The notes beneath the pieces are model-generated. The model worked only from the letters and a program-made list of their open reading frames with translations, ran no database searches and was not told the origin of the DNA. The position numbers and the translations under genes were made by a program. Below, piece by piece: positions 40,352 through 50,968 of a stretch of DNA of 64,000 bases. Positions within the stretch are counted from its first letter, which is position 1. Every line of letters begins with the position of its first letter. The stretch is from an uncultured bacterium (lineage in GTDB: Bacteria > Babelota > Babeliae > Babelales > Vermiphilaceae), in contig OY970212.1 of assembly GCA_963713925.1 (NCBI GenBank), positions 352,001-416,000 of the forward strand. Direction: 5' to 3'.

Positions 40352-42454
40352 TTATTTTGTGATATTTAATCCAATGCTTTCCAAGAACGCCTTTTGGTTC
40401 GGTTCACGACCCAAGAAATTATAAAGGAGCGTATTTGGATCAACACTTCCGCCTTCTCCAATTACCTCAGCACGATATTTCATGCCTATTTCAGGATCGA
40501 GCAACCCATGTTTTCGAATTTCTTCAAACAGATCAAGTGCGAACACCTTTGACCATAAATAGCCATAATATTTTGCTCCATATCCGGTCAAATGCCCAAA
40601 TGATGCATACATATGATCTACAGGATCAAAATAAAGGTGTGTGCGAATTGATTCATACAATTGCTTCATGATTGCGTAGGGATCTTTTTGAGCGCCCGGA
40701 CCAAACATCTTCAACGCGAGACTTGCGTAAAAGAGTTGGGTTTGGGTGCCAATTCCCGAGTCAAACGTTTTGAGCGCTTGAATTTTTTTAATGAGATCTT
40801 CAGGGAGCGATTCGCCTGTTTGATAGTGAGAACTAACGAGTTTCAAAATGCATGGATCAAACAACCATTCTTCAAGCATTTGGGATGGCATTTCAACGAA
40901 GTCAGTTTTTACCGACGTTCCTGAGAATGATCCAATATGAGTTCTTCCGAGCTGCGCATGCAATGCATGACCGAATTCATGGAAGAACGTATTCACATCA
41001 CTACGATTTAAAAGCGCAGGCTTGTCTGTCGATGGTCGTGGGAAATTTGCGATAACCACTGAAACGGCAATCGGTTCCTTGCCATCAGGCAAGTAGTAGG
41101 AAGGAACAATAGTGATGTGGCACGCATGTGAATATTTAAAATCACGCGGGAACAAGTCAAGAACGATATATCCCAACACTTGTTTACTTCCTTGTGGATG
41201 GAGCTCAAGCAACATTAAATCGTCTGACCACAATCCTGAAATTGGTTTTTTCTCAAATGAAATTGATAAGAATTTTTCATACACGGAAAATAAGCCATCA
41301 ATCGTTTGCTCAAGTGGAAAATATTCTGCGATTTTGGTTTCATCAATATCCAGATATTTCTTCTTATACTGATCGCGCAAATAAGCTCCGTCCCACGGCA
41401 TTAGTTTTCCGGCCTCATTTTTGGTGACTCCCTGAGGCATCTGTGCGGTCAACTCTTTAATCTCTTGAGCAGCTTTTTCCTTAACTTTGGCAATTAAATC
41501 TTTCAAGAAATGTTCAACACGCTCAGGAGATTTGACCATTTGGTCGCTGACGTCATACGCGGCAAAACTTTCATATCCCAAGATATGAGCCAGTTGATCG
41601 CGCAATGCGATAATTTCTTTCAACAATGCGTCATTGGTCGGCATTGCTCGATTCAAGCGAGCTTCATACATTTTTTTGCGTGTTTCGCTTACCGAGCAAA
41701 GCTCCATCACTTTCGTGAAAGTCGGAGTATCCATGCCGAGTATATAATTCCCGGCGTCATCTTTTTTTAACTGAGCGATAAAATCATCTGGCAGCCCTGC
41801 GAGCTCTGCGCGTGTGACAATCACTTTTGTTTGATCAGCGGCGATGTTAGCATCAAATTCCAGTGACTTGGCGGCAATTTCTTTTTTTAACCGAGCAACT
41901 TCTGCTTGTTTTTGCTCATCAAGTCCAAGCCCTGCACGCTTAAATTGATCTAACACTTCAGTAAGATAATAGACCTCTTTTTCTGAGAGCATATCTTTTA
42001 AGGCGCCGTTTTGTTCATATTCTTTGATTGCTTTGTACAGCTCTTTGTTTTGAGAGATACGATCCACTGCAAATTCTTGTATTTTAATCAATGCCTCACG
42101 TGCGGCATTTCTGACCGATTCATCTTTGCTAACCATCTCTACTGTGGCAATACAGTTTGATTGAATAGCCAAATTTGAAAGCGCATTTAAATAATCAAAT
42201 GCCAAAAGTGTGTTTTCTTTTGTTCTTTGCTCGGGAGCAATGGAAACAATTGCTCGTATCGCTTCATTGGCTTGATCAATGACCTGTTGCGTACGTCTTG
42301 TGATTTCGGATGCTGAATTGGGGAATAGATTTACCAAATCCCGCGCTGAGTTGACCTGAGCGTACATAACGTGAGTTCCTTGAAAATATTTAAATACTGT
42401 AACCGCAAGTAAAATCGCTCCGAAAAGTATACCATATCCCACTATTTTTTTCAT
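40352..42454 (-). CDS. M3 family Zn oligopeptidase
   Basis: FFHEFGHALH, DFVEMPSQMLEEW, YYGYLWS. Confidence 0.93.
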   Translation of the reverse strand: MKKIVGYGILFGAILLAVTVFKYFQGTHVMYAQVNSARDLVNLFPNSASEITRRTQQVIDQANEAIRAIVSIAPEQRTKENTLLAFDYLNALSNLAIQSNCIATVEMVSKDESVRNAAREALIKIQEFAVDRISQNKELYKAIKEYEQNGALKDMLSEKEVYYLTEVLDQFKRAGLGLDEQKQAEVARLKKEIAAKSLEFDANIAADQTKVIVTRAELAGLPDDFIAQLKKDDAGNYILGMDTPTFTKVMELCSVSETRKKMYEARLNRAMPTNDALLKEIIALRDQLAHILGYESFAAYDVSDQMVKSPERVEHFLKDLIAKVKEKAAQEIKELTAQMPQGVTKNEAGKLMPWDGAYLRDQYKKKYLDIDETKIAEYFPLEQTIDGLFSVYEKFLSISFEKKPISGLWSDDLMLLELHPQGSKQVLGYIVLDLFPRDFKYSHACHITIVPSYYLPDGKEPIAVSVVIANFPRPSTDKPALLNRSDVNTFFHEFGHALHAQLGRTHIGSFSGTSVKTDFVEMPSQMLEEWLFDPCILKLVSSHYQTGESLPEDLIKKIQALKTFDSGIGTQTQLFYASLALKMFGPGAQKDPYAIMKQLYESIRTHLYFDPVDHMYASFGHLTGYGAKYYGYLWSKVFALDLFEEIRKHGLLDPEIGMKYRAEVIGEGGSVDPNTLLYNFLGREPNQKAFLESIGLNITK

Positions 42455-42483
42455 TTGAAAGGTTCCTTGTTTTTTGCAAACAA

Positions 42484-42523
42484 AAAAGGAGATCAGGTTA
42501 TTATTTGAACCTGATCTCCTTTT
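42484..42523 (-). terminator. Intrinsic terminator
   Basis: AAAAGGAGATCAGGTT/AACCTGATCTCCTTTT stem. Confidence 0.7.
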
Positions 42524-42532
42524 ACAAAAATC

Positions 42533-43621
42533 TTATTCTTTATTTTTTATTAATAAAATGTGGCTTCCTACAAGAGCTAAATCACCGGCCTTATTTGCAG
42601 CGCATGCGCCTAAATGATATCCTCCGAGATCAAAATAAGGATGGTTTTTCTCTTTTTTGCGCGTCACCACCGGCGCTACATTATCCCGACTAACATATGG
42701 GGTATTTGCAAGCACCCAGAGACCGCCCGCACGATATGCCAATCCAGAGATCCAAGGTCGTTCCAGACCATCTATCGGTTCGCCCTTGTCGCTTGTTGGA
42801 TAATATTTTGTTTCTTTGTCCATAGGATCTACCAACAACCCGAGGTTATCACCGGAATAGAGTCCGCCATCCTTTGTAAAGCAAACTGCTTGCACGAGTG
42901 AATGATCTTTATTTGGTTTTTTTGACCCGGCACGAATTTGCAGTGCGCTTCCAATATCTCCATAGTCTACTTGACACCCGTTGGCGATGGCTATTTTTTT
43001 CCCATCGGGGCTCACCTCAACACGCGTGATAAGACCAGGTACCTTATAATATCGTGCTAAGCTTTTTTGTTCTCGAAGGTCATAAACCAACAAAGTGATG
43101 TTATTATTCTTTTTTAAAATATCATCATAAGTGATTCCGCCCACTGCAAGAACATTTCCATCATCAGACATTGAAAGAGATTTAATTTGTCCGAGGATAC
43201 TATTTTCACCCGGCAATGGCTCTTCCGAATTGTCGACTCGCGGGTCACATATTTTTACGTTCGTTCCATATCCTACAGCAACTTTATCACCACCACTCGC
43301 GAGCGCGGCGATTTTATCTTTTTTCTCACCGGAAGTATTTACGACGCGTCCGTCAGTATCATACAGAATAACTTCACGGTTTACTCCGGCGACAATTTTA
43401 TCATGGAACCACGTGACCGCTTCTGCCGGTTGAGTCCCGTTAAAGAAGTAATCGTAAGGGGGTTTACGCATGCGATCAAGACTATCGATGATAAAGCAAT
43501 CATCTGAGATTCTGCTAAAACCTTCGCTTGCCCGCGGCGCTTTGGCAAAGACGGCGCCGGCCTGATCGGCCGCGTGTATGGTACAAGATGCTAATAAAAA
43601 GAGTAAACATAGGGTGCGCAT
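42533..43621 (-). CDS. Secreted WD40-like beta-propeller protein
   Basis: Signal peptide from 43621 with AAGGA RBS; repeats such as VSPDGKKIAIA, MSDDGNVLAVG. Confidence 0.7.
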   Translation of the reverse strand: MRTLCLLFLLASCTIHAADQAGAVFAKAPRASEGFSRISDDCFIIDSLDRMRKPPYDYFFNGTQPAEAVTWFHDKIVAGVNREVILYDTDGRVVNTSGEKKDKIAALASGGDKVAVGYGTNVKICDPRVDNSEEPLPGENSILGQIKSLSMSDDGNVLAVGGITYDDILKKNNNITLLVYDLREQKSLARYYKVPGLITRVEVSPDGKKIAIANGCQVDYGDIGSALQIRAGSKKPNKDHSLVQAVCFTKDGGLYSGDNLGLLVDPMDKETKYYPTSDKGEPIDGLERPWISGLAYRAGGLWVLANTPYVSRDNVAPVVTRKKEKNHPYFDLGGYHLGACAANKAGDLALVGSHILLIKNKE

Positions 43622-43911
43622 TACAATCCTTTCCTTGATAATGGACGTATATACTGGCGAAATCCTACTATTCTTGGGGGGAAAGATCAAGGATTGCAAA
43701 TGGGCCCCGAGCGAACATTGTGAGCTAGGGTATAAAATGGCCCCAAGCAGCCCGTCACGCCATAGCTCCCCCTTGAGCGACGGCGGAAACATTGTGAGCT
43801 AGGGTATAAAATGCTGCTTTCCGAACCCGGCAGGATGCTTTCATAATTGATTTTCTTTGGTATAATAAGACTAAATCAATATTTCCTTATCTTCCTTTAT
43901 TTTGTGATCCT

Positions 43912-45048
43912 ATGAGCACTAAACGAGACTTTTACGAAATCCTAGGTGTTTCGCGCACCGCCTCTCAAGATGAAATTAAAAAGGCTTATCGCGCCTTAGC
44001 GATGAAATATCATCCCGACCGCAATCCGGGTAACAAAGAGGCTGAAGAAAAGTTTAAAGAAGCCGCACAAGCATATGAAGTGCTCTCTGATGCCAAAAAG
44101 AGAAAACAGTATGACCAATTCGGACACTCTGACATGGGTAACATGGGAGGTGGTCACCCGGGTGGCATGAACATGAATGACATTTTCGAAAACTTCGGAG
44201 ATATCTTTGGCGATCTTTTTGGCGGTGGCGCAACAAGTCGCAAGCGATCCAAAAAGACAGGCCCTGAACCAAAACGTGGCCATGATTTATATAAAGATAT
44301 CGAAATCTCTCTCAAGGACGCGTTCACGGGAACAACTGTTGAGATCTCATATCCTCATTTTGCAATCTGTCCGACGTGTAATGGTAAGGGAACACAAAAG
44401 GGAACTTCCGCACAAACATGCCCTACGTGTGGAGGCCATGGACAAGAGACCATCCGTCAAGGCTTTTTCATGTATTCTCAGCCATGTCCCGATTGTGGCG
44501 GAGAAGGTTTCATTATTCCAAGCCCATGTTCCGATTGTAAAGGTCAATCGCGCAAGCAAGTGTACGATAAATTAAGCCTTAATATCCCAAAAGGTATCTA
44601 TGACGGAGCAGAGCTCCGTGCAACTGAGCGAGGAGACGCAGGCGTCTATGGTGGCGCCCCGGGAGATTTGCTCATCAAAGTGCATATCATGCCCGACAAG
44701 CAATTTAAACGCACCGGAGATGATTTGATCGTGAATGTGATGCTCACCTATCCGCAACTTGTTTTTGGGGCTCAGGTGGAAATTGAAAGCATCGATGGAT
44801 CAAAAGAAGCAGTCAAAATTCCAAAGGGATGTCCAGTCGGCGAGAAGATTATTATTGCAGGCAAAGGCTTCCCAAAACTGAAGGGCGCCACGCGAGGCAA
44901 CTTAGTTGTTGTTACCAAATGCCATATTCCAACAAAGCTTTCCGCAGAGGCAAAGAAGGCTTTAACAGAATATTCAGAAATCATCGGGACCAAGACTGAT
45001 GCACAAGAGGGCGCTATCGCAAGCTTCTTTAAAAAATTTCTTGGCTGA
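43912..45048 (+). CDS. dnaJ: Chaperone DnaJ
   Basis: HPD motif; four CxxCxGxG repeats. Confidence 0.98.
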   Translation: MSTKRDFYEILGVSRTASQDEIKKAYRALAMKYHPDRNPGNKEAEEKFKEAAQAYEVLSDAKKRKQYDQFGHSDMGNMGGGHPGGMNMNDIFENFGDIFGDLFGGGATSRKRSKKTGPEPKRGHDLYKDIEISLKDAFTGTTVEISYPHFAICPTCNGKGTQKGTSAQTCPTCGGHGQETIRQGFFMYSQPCPDCGGEGFIIPSPCSDCKGQSRKQVYDKLSLNIPKGIYDGAELRATERGDAGVYGGAPGDLLIKVHIMPDKQFKRTGDDLIVNVMLTYPQLVFGAQVEIESIDGSKEAVKIPKGCPVGEKIIIAGKGFPKLKGATRGNLVVVTKCHIPTKLSAEAKKALTEYSEIIGTKTDAQEGAIASFFKKFLG

Positions 45049-45070
45049 TTTTAGTCGCATTTAACGGAAA

Positions 45071-46570
45071 TCACTTTTTTGCCGGTTTTTTGTCATCTTT
45101 TCTGTGAAAGCTCTTTTTTTTGCGAGAAGACATCTTCTGTGCTTGAGTTGTGGTGCCAAGTGTACGGGGCTTTGGGGATTCAACTCGCCCAATTGCATCA
45201 TCAATTGTCCATGATTCTACATATTCGTCGGTCGATGGTTCGATTTCAGAATCAGAGTCTGTGTCTGAATCAGTTTCAGGATGATCTTCATCATCACCCA
45301 CCGAGTCCTCATCAGAAAGAGAAGTAAAATCAGAGAAATATCTTTTCCAAGAATTCTTCGAATGATGTTTTGGTTGGAGAGCTATCGGCTGGTCACCATC
45401 TTCACCATCCCATAGTCCAGTTCGAGCATTAAGGAGTATTTCCAATGGCGGCGCGGTTTTAGTATTGAGAGCAATCGGCCGGCCATCATCTTCGTCTTCA
45501 GGTTCATACAAATCCGATCCTGTCTCCGACGCATTGTCCGCCAGTCCAAGGCTTGACAAATCGACCACAGGTATTTCCGTTGGCAACGATCCTGATGAGT
45601 GTCGCTTGTTTCTAAATGGGGATCCAGCTTCTGTTTCATCTGTATCGTCCGTACTATAATTGCGTGGTGAAGAAGGGGCTGATTTGATTTGTAAAGCAAT
45701 TTGCGGCGCACTATTTATTGATCCTACTGTCGGAGAGCCGATAAGGCCTTGCAATGAATCAGTGCGGCTTCTTGGCGAATAACATTCTGAAGTAGATTCA
45801 TATTCATCATCAGGCACCGATCGTAAAGCCGGAATCTTTTTGCCTCTTTTCAAAACTATCTGGCGGAGTTCAAGAAGTTCTGAGCGCTGTGAGACAAGTT
45901 CTGCGCTCAATAGTTTGATACGATTTTCTTGTTCTGAAGATCGTTTGTCTTGTTCTAAGACCCGCTCTTTCAGTTTTCGAATTAGGTCATCATGCTTACC
46001 ATGCGATATCTCCATGGATTCGCAAAGACTGATCAGGTGGTTATCTTTTTGTCCTGCGATATCATTAAGTGTCAAGACAGGTTTTTCTGCGTCGTGAACA
46101 GGCTTTGCTATGGTTTCAGTCAAGAGTTGAACATGTTGTTTCAGCGCGCTGATATCATTATGAAATCCATCCATAATTAACTCGATGGAAGTATATTTTT
46201 TTGTATGTTGTTTGTCTGATTCAAGTAATTTTTCTATGTGTTCAATGAACCAATCATTGTTTTTCTGTTGTATTTCAAATCCTTTGGCAAATTTGTCTGT
46301 AAATTTTACGATGTTCTCAGCACTTTGTTGATTTTGAAGCTCTAACGATTTATTTACTTTGTCTTGAGCTTCCATCCTATAACGTATATGCAACAAGACG
46401 GAATTCATTTTTTTATTTAGAGGTAGATTGTCTAGATCAAAGCCTTGACTAAAATGTTCGGCTAACCGTTTCCATTCTCCCACGGAAGCGCTTTCTGTCG
46501 GCATATCCGCAGCTTTCACGCTCATAGAATAAAAGAGCATTATCATCACACACGTCTTTTTTATATTCAT
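45071..46570 (-). CDS. Secreted coiled-coil protein with acidic low-complexity region
   Basis: Signal peptide, heptads, S/D/E-rich C-terminal half, basic tail. Confidence 0.7.
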   Translation of the reverse strand: MNIKKTCVMIMLFYSMSVKAADMPTESASVGEWKRLAEHFSQGFDLDNLPLNKKMNSVLLHIRYRMEAQDKVNKSLELQNQQSAENIVKFTDKFAKGFEIQQKNNDWFIEHIEKLLESDKQHTKKYTSIELIMDGFHNDISALKQHVQLLTETIAKPVHDAEKPVLTLNDIAGQKDNHLISLCESMEISHGKHDDLIRKLKERVLEQDKRSSEQENRIKLLSAELVSQRSELLELRQIVLKRGKKIPALRSVPDDEYESTSECYSPRSRTDSLQGLIGSPTVGSINSAPQIALQIKSAPSSPRNYSTDDTDETEAGSPFRNKRHSSGSLPTEIPVVDLSSLGLADNASETGSDLYEPEDEDDGRPIALNTKTAPPLEILLNARTGLWDGEDGDQPIALQPKHHSKNSWKRYFSDFTSLSDEDSVGDDEDHPETDSDTDSDSEIEPSTDEYVESWTIDDAIGRVESPKPRTLGTTTQAQKMSSRKKKSFHRKDDKKPAKK

Positions 46571-47700
46571 ACGCCGATACCTCTTTTTTTGATACTTTTT
46601 TGCGACATGCGAAATTTTTGATTTCGCTCATATCCAATTTTATACACCAAATGATAAAAAAACTCACGATCCGGGCCTTTGATAACCGCTTGTTCATGTG
46701 CTTCTGCAAGCACCACCGGATAGCCTCTTCCTTTGAGACATTGATCAAAAACAGCTGAAGCGACAAAATCTACTGTATCCATGTCACGCGCCACCCACGC
46801 GGGAATTTCGACTCGTCCGACCTCATCTCCGACATGCATATAGAAAAAATAGGGAGCACAATGATCAGGATAATACCGATTTATAGCGCTGCCGCTTTTA
46901 AACACCTGCGTGCGTTGACCCGGAGACAGTTGTCGGTTCATAATCGTCGCATCGACACACTCGTCAAAATCAGAAAGCTCACCTTGATATGTAATCAATT
47001 TATTCTCGACACTGGTGCGCATAAGCGTAATAAGATCTTTTGCTTTTGCAAGGCTAATGTATCCGGCAATAATCATCCGCGCTTCATACATTTGATGCAA
47101 GAGCGCGAGATAACAGCTCAGGAATGTATGCTTCATTTCAATATCTTTTGATTCCAAGTGCCAAAAGATTAATGATCCATCAAATAAATGTACGGCGCTC
47201 ATTGGCTCCGGTAAGCTATCTTTTATTTTCATATGATGCGCGAGCATGGCCTTCAATTCATATTCCTGGCGTTTGCAATTGACTAATTCCGCGCTTAAAG
47301 GAAACAGATCATCGTCGGTTGCTGAATCGGTAAACACAAACGGTTCATTTTCCATCACAACGCGTGATGCATTTTGATCGTAAGAAATATCTACTAATCC
47401 CGTGTTGATCAAAAAGCAGGATGTGCCTTGATGTTTATCAGGGTAAATTTGAGAGCCATCAATGCTGATTGCTCGATACGAATTTTGTATGCTTTTGATT
47501 TGAAAAAGGGATTGCAGATGCTCGCCATAGGTCGGAAGTGGAGCTTGTGCCGTAAGCGCTTTGAGCTTGAAAGGGATGGTCTGATCTTCTGCTATCGCGC
47601 ACCACAATTGATACACGCGTTCGTAGATATCGGCGTTACTTGCAAATAATTCTGATGAAATATCATGTAACTGCGCAAGTAACCGTGCCCGATCAAGCAT
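46567..47700 (-). CDS. nurA: NurA-domain nuclease
   Basis: IDGSQI, FDGSLI, RVEIP.W, GYP..L.EAHEQAVI. Confidence 0.88.
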   Translation of the reverse strand: MLDRARLLAQLHDISSELFASNADIYERVYQLWCAIAEDQTIPFKLKALTAQAPLPTYGEHLQSLFQIKSIQNSYRAISIDGSQIYPDKHQGTSCFLINTGLVDISYDQNASRVVMENEPFVFTDSATDDDLFPLSAELVNCKRQEYELKAMLAHHMKIKDSLPEPMSAVHLFDGSLIFWHLESKDIEMKHTFLSCYLALLHQMYEARMIIAGYISLAKAKDLITLMRTSVENKLITYQGELSDFDECVDATIMNRQLSPGQRTQVFKSGSAINRYYPDHCAPYFFYMHVGDEVGRVEIPAWVARDMDTVDFVASAVFDQCLKGRGYPVVLAEAHEQAVIKGPDREFFYHLVYKIGYERNQKFRMSQKSIKKRGIGV

Positions 47701-47710
47701 AGTATTTTCC

Positions 47711-48070
47711 CTACAACTGATTTTTTAAACCCTCGTGCAACGCTTCCAAACAGAGCATTGCGCATCGCAATCTATTTGGCCCGAGCTGTAGATTAAGAAG
47801 TTGTAATATATCTGGAGCGCCCAGTTGTAATATAGCGCTGACTGATTTTTTTTCAATATATTCAGCCAATAATGATGCCGCTGCCTGGGAAATGACGCAT
47901 CCAGAACCCTGAAAGCGGGCGCATGTCACCATCCCCTCACATACGGATGCCTGGAATGAGATGGCATCCCCGCAGGACGGATTAAAAACACCTGAGCTTA
48001 CCTGAGGTTTCTCAAGAACGCCACGATAGGTGGAATGCTGAAAATGATGTAATAAGTCGTGATTATACAT
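47711..48070 (-). CDS. Fe-S scaffold IscU/SufU-like protein
   Basis: NPSCGD, GCVISQA, RLRCAML. Confidence 0.9.
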   Translation of the reverse strand: MYNHDLLHHFQHSTYRGVLEKPQVSSGVFNPSCGDAISFQASVCEGMVTCARFQGSGCVISQAAASLLAEYIEKKSVSAILQLGAPDILQLLNLQLGPNRLRCAMLCLEALHEGLKNQL

Positions 48071-48272
48071 AAAAAGCCCAAAATTACACTGTTTTCCCCC
48101 CCAAATGTTACCATGGGGGGGGCCAGTTTTATTAATTCTAACATAAAAGAGGTTTCAGGTTAATCTTTTCTGCCTGAATAAATACGAAGGGGGGCCGATT
48201 TACAATACTCTTCAATTCTCTATGATGAAGAAGAATAACCCTTTTAAAGTTGATAGAAAATGGAGGAATCCT

Positions 48273-49211
48273 ATGAATCAATTTACCCTGTACATGATGG
48301 CTTTGGCGTGCGCGAGCGTAACTGGCCTTGCCCTATTGGCGGACAGTTCAAAGACGTCCGTAAACAAACCCGGAAATACTGTTATGACAGCGCCAATAAA
48401 CGAAGATTTCAATCCCAATCTTAAGGCAAATATCCTTTTTGACCTCAATGGTGTTCTAATGGATACCAAAAAAGCAACGGCTGCCAATGTGATTGGTTTG
48501 ATTCCGCTTATTAGAATTTTTGTGAACAAAATGAACCCGCGTGAGTTCTTTTTTGAATATTTTGATTCAATAATGCCGCGCGCTCATGATGCTCCTTTTT
48601 CTTGCGATGAGCATGGCAGACCAACTCCACAACTCATGATTGATTGGATGAGCGGTACACGAACTGGAAAAGATATTTATGAGTTTATTTGCAAATCGCT
48701 CAAAGAAAATCAGAATCTCAAAAAACATGAAAAGAAGGCTATCAGACGATTCTCAAAAATGCTGTTTGGTGACCCTGAGCTTTTCGTGACGACCAAAAAG
48801 ATGGTCGAAAAGGGTGTCAAGTTTGTGAAAGAATGCAAACGAGGCGGACACAAAGTCTTTATTATCTCCAACTGGGACGTTGATTCGATAGCAATTTTAA
48901 GAAAACAAGTTCCTGAATTTTTTGAACTCTTTGATGGCATCATTATTTCTGCCGAGGTCGGATTGCTCAAACCGGACGCACGCATATTCCAACATGCGCT
49001 CGATACCTATGGTCTTGATGCTTCACACACCATTTTGATTGATGATCAAAAAGAAAATATTGAGGGCGCTCAAAAATGTGGCATTGCCGGTATTCATATG
49101 CAACGAAGTGGAACACCATTATTGACCAAGCCTGATTGGAAGCGAGCTAAACGAGAATTCTACTCGTGGTGTCGACACAATTACCCACAATGGGCAACAG
49201 CCAAAATATAA
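48273..49211 (+). CDS. HAD-family hydrolase with N-terminal hydrophobic leader
   Basis: FDLNGVL, ISNW, KPD.RIF, IDD..ENI; GGAGG RBS. Confidence 0.8.
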   Translation: MNQFTLYMMALACASVTGLALLADSSKTSVNKPGNTVMTAPINEDFNPNLKANILFDLNGVLMDTKKATAANVIGLIPLIRIFVNKMNPREFFFEYFDSIMPRAHDAPFSCDEHGRPTPQLMIDWMSGTRTGKDIYEFICKSLKENQNLKKHEKKAIRRFSKMLFGDPELFVTTKKMVEKGVKFVKECKRGGHKVFIISNWDVDSIAILRKQVPEFFELFDGIIISAEVGLLKPDARIFQHALDTYGLDASHTILIDDQKENIEGAQKCGIAGIHMQRSGTPLLTKPDWKRAKREFYSWCRHNYPQWATAKI

Positions 49212-49217
49212 AAGCAA

Positions 49218-49770
49218 AAAGAACATTTGTCCCCTGCGCGGGGACCAGCGCCCATGCGTCGCCTATCCACGCCTTCCGGCTTGGCAGGCTATGCAGGGCG
49301 CGGCCAAAAGAAGGTTTCGCTTGTCCTGCGAAACTTGCCGAGCTGAACGCCCGGACAAGTGAAGCATGGATGACCCCTTTTGGAATACGCACGCTTAAGA
49401 CTACGTCTTAATAATCCCTTATTTCGTTTCAAACCTCGACACACACAATTTCTCCGAAATTGCTTCGGTCTCGTGAAACTACCTGACTATTTTATTTCAC
49501 CATTGCCACTTTTCATGCATTGTTATGTTGCTGGAATCGTAATCTCGTATTAATAAAGAAAAAAATCTGATGAGGTTCACCTGAACACATGACAGAATGT
49601 TTTTTACAATTATGGCCTGCCCGCCGTAGTTTGCCGAGCCGGAAGGCCCGGATAAACGTAGGCTGGGTGAGTTGAACCTCAAGGGATCCTTAAGACCTTG
49701 GTCTTAAGTGTCTGAGTTGCAAGAGGGGAGACAAGACCCTTCTTGCCGTAAGTCCCCGCGGAGGGGACTA
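49218..49770. repeat. Multi-hairpin element D, copy 2 (inverted, with family C inserts)
   Basis: GTCCCC-N5-GGGGAC hairpin at both ends; colinear with 22644-23056. Confidence 0.7.
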
Positions 49771-50661
49771 ATGTCCTTCTTGTTCCCCGACCCCAACTCT
49801 CTTGCGCGAAACAACCTTTCTTTTTGCAAGTTTCATATTTTTCAAATAATTTTTTCGTGTTTCGCACGTCGGGTGTGATCCATACCACTCACGATCCGAT
49901 TTTCTTTTTTCCACCAGATCAGGCCGCTGTGGCAATTCAGCATCGAGTTCTTGGAGATATTCTTCAAAATTATTCATGAGCATACATCCGCCATCGGCCG
50001 TTCCGAGCGCTCGGGCAGCTTCCATATCAGCTTGTCGCTCACAAAAACGGGAGAATGCTATTTGTGAGAAGCCAATAGAAATGGGTACCAGCAGGTATAA
50101 CTCGCTCCACCAATCTTGTATATAATCATTAAATGCAGTTGTTTTGACATAGTCACGAATGTATTGAAACCCTATCGTGATACCAATGGCTGACACAAGT
50201 GCAAATAAGATCTTTTTGGTTGAATGGTGATAGACCAAATGCATTGTCTCATGTGCGATTAAAAATTCTTGTTCTTCATCCGAAAGCGTCCAAAACCACG
50301 ATTCGTTGACATACATATATCGTGGCAGCGGCCCCAAATGTATAACAAAAGCATTATGATCACCAATGCCGCTAAACATCGCGACTCGAGCAATTTGTCG
50401 TATGTTGAGAGTGTCGTGATGTTTAAAACCGATTTTTTTTAAAATAGATCGAATTCTTACATCAAGTTTTTTTGATACGGGCCGCGCACCGCACTGATTT
50501 TCAATAACTGCTTCACCAACGTGGTCGCAATAGCTATTAAAATGACCTTTAATATATCCGGTTGCAGATCTTGTTTTGTTGGCAATCCATGAAAAAGGGG
50601 ATGCAGAAACAATGCTTGAGATAAGACCGACAAAAATAACAGATTTTATAAAGATGCTCAT
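49768..50661 (-). CDS. M48 family metallopeptidase
   Basis: NAF, AHETMH, SR..E.QAD, SHP...R. Confidence 0.85.
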   Translation of the reverse strand: MSIFIKSVIFVGLISSIVSASPFSWIANKTRSATGYIKGHFNSYCDHVGEAVIENQCGARPVSKKLDVRIRSILKKIGFKHHDTLNIRQIARVAMFSGIGDHNAFVIHLGPLPRYMYVNESWFWTLSDEEQEFLIAHETMHLVYHHSTKKILFALVSAIGITIGFQYIRDYVKTTAFNDYIQDWWSELYLLVPISIGFSQIAFSRFCERQADMEAARALGTADGGCMLMNNFEEYLQELDAELPQRPDLVEKRKSDREWYGSHPTCETRKNYLKNMKLAKRKVVSRKRVGVGEQEGH

Positions 50662-50968
50662 ACAAATACTTTCCTCTTTTTTTTAAGCATCAGCTTATCA
50701 GAAGGTATTTGTTTGCCAACATGAGGATCGTTACAGTTCTTTTTCAAAAAGGGGTGAGATATGGATCGAAAATAGAAGTCTAAAAAAATGTATCAGGCTT
50801 TTCAAAAAATGGATACTTTTTGAAAAACAATGCTTGAATACACCCTAAAAGCAGAGTTATTACCATTTAACAACAACTAATTAACAACAACTAATGTCAA
50901 TTTAATGTTTATTTAATGACGTTTTAATGTTATAATATTATTAGATAGTAAAACAGAGGGGATTTCGA

